A stretch of DNA of 32,000 nucleotides from Longivirga aurantiaca (lineage in GTDB: Bacteria > Actinomycetota > Actinomycetes > S36-B12 > CAIYMF01), in assembly GCF_042660085.1 (NCBI RefSeq), contig NZ_JBHSTI010000008.1:2265604-2297603 (forward strand), written 5' to 3'. The position numbers and the translations under genes are program-made. Shown here piece after piece: positions 25,921 to 32,000 of the stretch; within the stretch, counting starts at the first letter, position 1, and each line of letters opens with the position of its first letter. The notes beneath the pieces are model-generated. The model was given only the letters and a program-made list of their open reading frames with translations, ran no database searches and was not told the DNA's origin.

Positions 25921-26586
25921 GTGGAGCTTCAGAACTCGTTCGTCGTACCCGCCGATATGGACACCGCCTGGAAGACGCTGCAGGACGTCGAGTTCCTCGC
26001 CCCCTGCGTCCCCGGCGCGACGCTCACCAAGAGCGACGGCGAGAACTTCGAGGGCAACGTCAAGGTCAAGCTCGGCCCGGTCTCGATGACGTACGGCGGC
26101 ACCGCGCGGTTCGTCAGCCGCGACGAGGCGACCCACACCGCCGTGATCGAGGGCACGGGCAAGGAGACCAAGGGCACCGGCACCGCCAAGGGGCTCGTCA
26201 CCGCCGTGCTCGTCGCCGAGGCGCCGGACCGCACCCGCTGCGACGTCGTCAGCGAGCTGACCATCACCGGCAAGGCCGCGCAGTTCGGCCGCGGCGTCAT
26301 GCAGGACGTCGCCGGCCGCATCATCGACCAGTTCTCGGCCAACCTCGCCGCGCAGATGACCGCTGCCGGCGCCGGTGCCGTCGCGGCGGCTGCCGCTGCG
26401 GACGGCGGCGGCACCGAGGCGGCCGCTGCTGCCCCGCGCGCAACCACTCCTCCCCCGCGTCCTGCCTCGGAGGAGGCCATCGACCTGCTCGGCACTGCGG
26501 GCGCGCCGGTGCTCAAGCGGGCCATCCCCATCGTGATCGGCGCCGTTGTGGTCATCGGCCTGATCATCTGGCTCGTCAAGAAGTAG
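25921..26586 (+). CDS. coxG: CoxG-family SRPBCC protein with Ala/Pro-rich linker and C-terminal TM anchor
   Basis: The GTG at 25921 is preceded by AGGAG with a 5-nt spacer. The CoxG-like core reads VPADMDTAWKTLQDVEFLAPCVPGA...VKVKLGPVSMTYGG...ITGKAAQFGRGVMQDVAGRIIDQF. The protein ends in AIPIVIGAVVVIGLIIWLVKK. Confidence 0.85.
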   Translation: MELQNSFVVPADMDTAWKTLQDVEFLAPCVPGATLTKSDGENFEGNVKVKLGPVSMTYGGTARFVSRDEATHTAVIEGTGKETKGTGTAKGLVTAVLVAEAPDRTRCDVVSELTITGKAAQFGRGVMQDVAGRIIDQFSANLAAQMTAAGAGAVAAAAAADGGGTEAAAAAPRATTPPPRPASEEAIDLLGTAGAPVLKRAIPIVIGAVVVIGLIIWLVKK

Positions 26587-26708
26587 CGTGCGCCGAAGGC
26601 CGGCCTCCCCTTGCCCGAGGCTGCCCTCCCGTACGTGACGAACGGCTCGGCCAACGTCAGGAATCGCAGCACGAACCCATCCGGCACGACCCCCAGTGAG
26701 GTGGCGGA

Positions 26709-27578
26709 ATGCAGACCCCAGCCCCCGTCGACTACGCGAAGGCCACCTCGGTGGCCCATGCGATCGAGCTGCTCGAGCAGTTCGGTGAGGACGCCCGGCC
26801 GGTAGCAGGCGGACACAGCCTGCTGCCGATGATGAAGCTGCGGCTCGCAGCGCCGGAGGCACTCGTCGACCTCAACGACATCCCGGAGCTCACGGGCATC
26901 CGGATCGAGGGTGACGAGATCGTGGTGGGGGCCATGACCCGGCACCGCGACATCCTCGCCTCGGCGATCCTCGCCGAGCACTACCCGATCTTCCGCGAGG
27001 CCGAGCACCTCATCGCCGACCCGGTCGTGCGCAACCGCGGCACCATCGGCGGCTCCGCGTGCCAGGCCGACCCGGCCGCGGACCTGTCGGCCGTCGGCTC
27101 GGCGCTGCGCGGCACCGCCGTCGTGCAGGGCTCCGGCGGCCGGCGCACCGTGCCGCTGCGCGAGTTCCACGAGGGCCCGTACGACACCGTCATCCAGCCT
27201 GGCGAGGTGCTCGTCGAGCTCCGCTACCCGATCCGTCCGGGCGCGGGCAGCGCGTACGAGAAGGTCGAGCGCCGCGCAGGCGACTGGGGCGTCGCCACCG
27301 CGGGCGTGTTCGTCGTCGTACGCGACGGCGTCGTGACCGACTGCGGCATCGGCAACGCGGCCGTGGGCGCCGAGCACTACTGCTCGCCCGCCGCCGAGGC
27401 TGCGCTCATCGGTCAGCCGGCCACGGAGGAGAGCTTCGCCGCCGCCGCCAAGGTCGTCGGCGAGACCTGCGAGCCGTACGCCGACCAGCGGGGACCGGTC
27501 GACTACAAGCGCCACCTCGCCACCGAGCTGACCCTCCGCGCGCTGCGCCGCGCCGCCCGAGCCTCCCAGGGAGCATGA
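26709..27578 (+). CDS. coxM: form-I carbon monoxide dehydrogenase medium (FAD) subunit
   Basis: Motifs are [14 protein letters not shown] and [16 protein letters not shown] lies upstream of the ATG at 26709. It is first in the M-S-L order, and its stop overlaps the coxS start as ATGA. Confidence 0.9.
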   Translation: MQTPAPVDYAKATSVAHAIELLEQFGEDARPVAGGHSLLPMMKLRLAAPEALVDLNDIPELTGIRIEGDEIVVGAMTRHRDILASAILAEHYPIFREAEHLIADPVVRNRGTIGGSACQADPAADLSAVGSALRGTAVVQGSGGRRTVPLREFHEGPYDTVIQPGEVLVELRYPIRPGAGSAYEKVERRAGDWGVATAGVFVVVRDGVVTDCGIGNAAVGAEHYCSPAAEAALIGQPATEESFAAAAKVVGETCEPYADQRGPVDYKRHLATELTLRALRRAARASQGA

Positions 27579-28062
27579 CCATGCAGGTGACGATCACCGT
27601 CAACGGCGTCGAGCAGACGCGTGACATCGAGCCGCGCATGCTGCTCGTGCACTTCATCCGCGACGAGCTGCAGATGCGCGGCACCCACTGGGGCTGCGAC
27701 ACCTCCAACTGCGGCGCCTGCACCCTGTGGATCGACGACGAGCCCGTCAAGAGCTGCACGCAGCTCGCGGTGATGGCCGACGGCAAGTCGATCACCACGG
27801 TCGAGGGCCTCGCCAAGGGCGGCGAGCTCGACCCGATCCAGAAGGGCTTCATGGAGTGCCACGGCCTCCAGTGCGGCTACTGCACCCCCGGGATGATGAT
27901 GGTCGGGCGCGCGCTGCTCGACGAGAACCCGCACCCGACCGAGGCCGAGATCCGCGAGGGCATCAGCGGCAACATCTGCCGCTGCACCGGCTACAAGAAC
28001 ATCGTCGCGGCGATCCAGTGGGCCGCCGAGAACCCCGCCACGACCGACGCCGAGGTGACCGC

Positions 28063-28066
<4 letters not shown>
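27575..28066 (+). CDS. coxS: form-I carbon monoxide dehydrogenase small (2x[2Fe-2S]) subunit
   Basis: Cysteine motifs are [18 protein letters not shown] and CRCTGY. ATGA overlaps occur with coxM (27575-27578) and coxL (28063-28066). Confidence 0.9.
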
Positions 28067-30462
<2,396 letters not shown>

Positions 30463-30471
30463 GAGCACCAC

Positions 30472-31410
30472 GTGATGACCACGCGGGCACTGGACGAGAG
30501 GGCCGAGTCCCTGCGCGCCCACAGGGTGCCGTTCGTCCATGCCCGCGTGGTCCTCGCCGAACGACCCACCTCGGCGAAGCCCGGCGACGAGGCGGTGATC
30601 ACCCCTGACGGCGTCATCGAGGGTTTCGTCGGCGGTCAGTGCGCCGAAGGGACGGTGCGCACGCAGGCCCTGTCGCTGCTGTCGTCGGGCGACTCCATGC
30701 TGCTGCGCATCACGCCCAACCCCGAGGGCGAGCAGTCGGGCAAGACCGTGGTGCACAACGCCTGCCTGTCGGGAGGCACGCTCGAGATCTTCCTCGAGCC
30801 CGTCCTGCCGCTGCCGCTCGTCGCCGTGCTCGGCGACAGCCCGATCGCCCGTGCGATGACCGGGGTCGCCGAGGCGCTCGGCTACGAGGTCTCGACGTAC
30901 GACGACGCCGACCTCTCGGCCACCGACGCCGTGGTCGTCGCCACCCACGGCAAGCGCGAGGAGAAGACGCTGCAGGACGCCGTGCTCGCGGGCGTTCCGT
31001 ACGTCGGGCTCGTCGCGAGCCCCAAGCGCGGCGCCGCGGTCGTCGAGTCGCTCGAGCTCACCGACGAGCAGCGCGCACGCATCCACTACCCCGCCGGGCT
31101 CGACATCGGCGCGCGCACACCCCAGGAGATCGCGCTCTCGGTCTTCGCCCAGATGGTCTCCGAGCGTCCGCGCGTGCCGCGCACCGCACATGCCGGCACC
31201 CACCCGCCGGTCACGGAGCCGCCCGTGACGCGGCTCGGCGTGATCTCGCTGGAGACCGAGACCGCGATCGACCCGGTCTGCGACATGACGGTGACGATCT
31301 CGCCGGACGCCCTGCACGCCGATCTCCCGGACGGCGAGCGCGTGTGGTTCTGCTGCCCCGGGTGCCGTCGCGAGTTCCTGAAGCACCCCGAGAAGTACCC
31401 TCGATCGTGA
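30472..31410 (+). CDS. XdhC/CoxI-family protein fused to a C-terminal YHS (TRASH-like) metal-binding domain
   Basis: The GTG at 30472 lies 6 nt after TAGGAG. The XdhC_CoxI N-domain reads PFVHARVVLAERPTSAKPGDEAVITPDGVIEGFVGGQCAEG. The XdhC_C part reads LVAVLGDSPIARAM...VVATHGKREE...YVGLVASPKRG. A Pro/Thr linker follows. The YHS pattern is DPVCDMTV...VWFCCPGCRREFLKHPEKY (about nt 31270-31401). Confidence 0.85.
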   Translation: MMTTRALDERAESLRAHRVPFVHARVVLAERPTSAKPGDEAVITPDGVIEGFVGGQCAEGTVRTQALSLLSSGDSMLLRITPNPEGEQSGKTVVHNACLSGGTLEIFLEPVLPLPLVAVLGDSPIARAMTGVAEALGYEVSTYDDADLSATDAVVVATHGKREEKTLQDAVLAGVPYVGLVASPKRGAAVVESLELTDEQRARIHYPAGLDIGARTPQEIALSVFAQMVSERPRVPRTAHAGTHPPVTEPPVTRLGVISLETETAIDPVCDMTVTISPDALHADLPDGERVWFCCPGCRREFLKHPEKYPRS

Positions 31411-32000
31411 CCGTCGACGACCTCGTCCCCGACATCGGGACGCTGACCGCGCGCCTCGCCGACGCGGGCTACCTCTCCGACCCCAGCCTCGCGGCCGCGC
31501 TCTTCTGCGCCGTACGGCTCCCCCAGCCGCTGCTGCTCGAGGGCGAGGCCGGCGTCGGCAAGACCCAGGCTGCGAAGTCGCTCGCCGAGCTGCTCGACAC
31601 CCCGCTGCTGCGGCTGCAGTGCTTCGAGGGCATCGATGCCGCCGAGGCGCTCTACGAGTGGAACTACCCGCGGCAGCTCCTCGGCATCCGCCTCGCGGAG
31701 GCGCAGGGCGCGGACCTCGTCGAGGAGACGCTGTTCGGCGAGAAGTACCTCGTCCGCCGTCCCCTCATGCAGGCGCTCGAGCACCCCGGTCCCCGTCCGG
31801 CCGTCCTGCTGATCGACGAGGTCGACCGCGCCGACGAGGAGTTCGAGGCGTTCCTGTTCGAGCTGCTCGCGGAGTCGACCGTGACGATCCCCGAGCTCGG
31901 CACGATCCGCGCGACCCATCCGCCGATCGTGATCCTCACCTCGAACCGCACCCGCGACCTGCACGACGCCCTCAAGCGCCGCTGCCTGTACCACTGGATC
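31407..32000 (+). CDS. coxD: MoxR-type AAA+ ATPase, CoxD-like (3' end lies outside the window)
   Basis: The GTG at 31407 overlaps the upstream TGA as GTGA. My own translation gives Walker A LLLEGEAGVGKTQ, Walker B VLLIDEVDRADEEF and sensor-like ILTSNRTRDLHDALKRRC. The frame stays open to the window end. It is absent from the ORF track because it has no stop codon in the window. Confidence 0.85.
   Translation, partial: MTVDDLVPDIGTLTARLADAGYLSDPSLAAALFCAVRLPQPLLLEGEAGVGKTQAAKSLAELLDTPLLRLQCFEGIDAAEALYEWNYPRQLLGIRLAEAQGADLVEETLFGEKYLVRRPLMQALEHPGPRPAVLLIDEVDRADEEFEAFLFELLAESTVTIPELGTIRATHPPIVILTSNRTRDLHDALKRRCLYHWI

Overview
This is a very high-G+C, densely coding chromosomal window that looks like Actinomycetota. 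I saw no rRNA, CRISPR array, IS element, transposase or integrase. Many long Arg/Pro/Gly-rich ORFs in the track are antisense shadows of real genes and are rejected.

Left half (1-15 kb):
- a LacI-family fragment and a small membrane protein
- the ettA / hotdog thioesterase / hypothetical operon, with an SSB paralogue beside ettA
- tRNA-Arg(TCT)
- a three-gene minus-strand operon: a NAD_binding_4 thioester reductase, a 686-aa fusion whose C-terminal half resembles cyanobacterial acyl-ACP reductase (AAR), and an alpha/beta hydrolase
- an AGE-family epimerase, an ATP-grasp enzyme, a CX5R tyrosine phosphatase and a secreted S8 peptidase

Right half (15.4-32 kb) is a molybdenum supercluster:
- a form-II-like Mo-hydroxylase operon in S-L-M order (AYRGAGR motif)
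- mop-regulator-modABC, then xdhC-mocA, then moaE
- a patatin-like lipase
- coxG plus a form-I CO-dehydrogenase operon in M-S-L order (AYACSFR motif)
- an XdhC-YHS fusion and the start of a MoxR/CoxD-type AAA+ ATPase

Most interesting observations:
1. The AAR-like fusion operon has no aldehyde-deformylating oxygenase partner.
2. The XdhC-YHS fusion is coupled to the Mo-Cu CODH genes and may be a metal or cofactor chaperone.
3. A CCGCA-N2-TGCGG palindrome recurs in three intergenic regions in front of Mo-related operons.
4. The form-II enzyme has no known substrate.
5. A 62-codon ORF with a tandem repeat sits directly upstream of the ATP-grasp gene.

All functional calls come from reading motifs in the translations. 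No database search was run.
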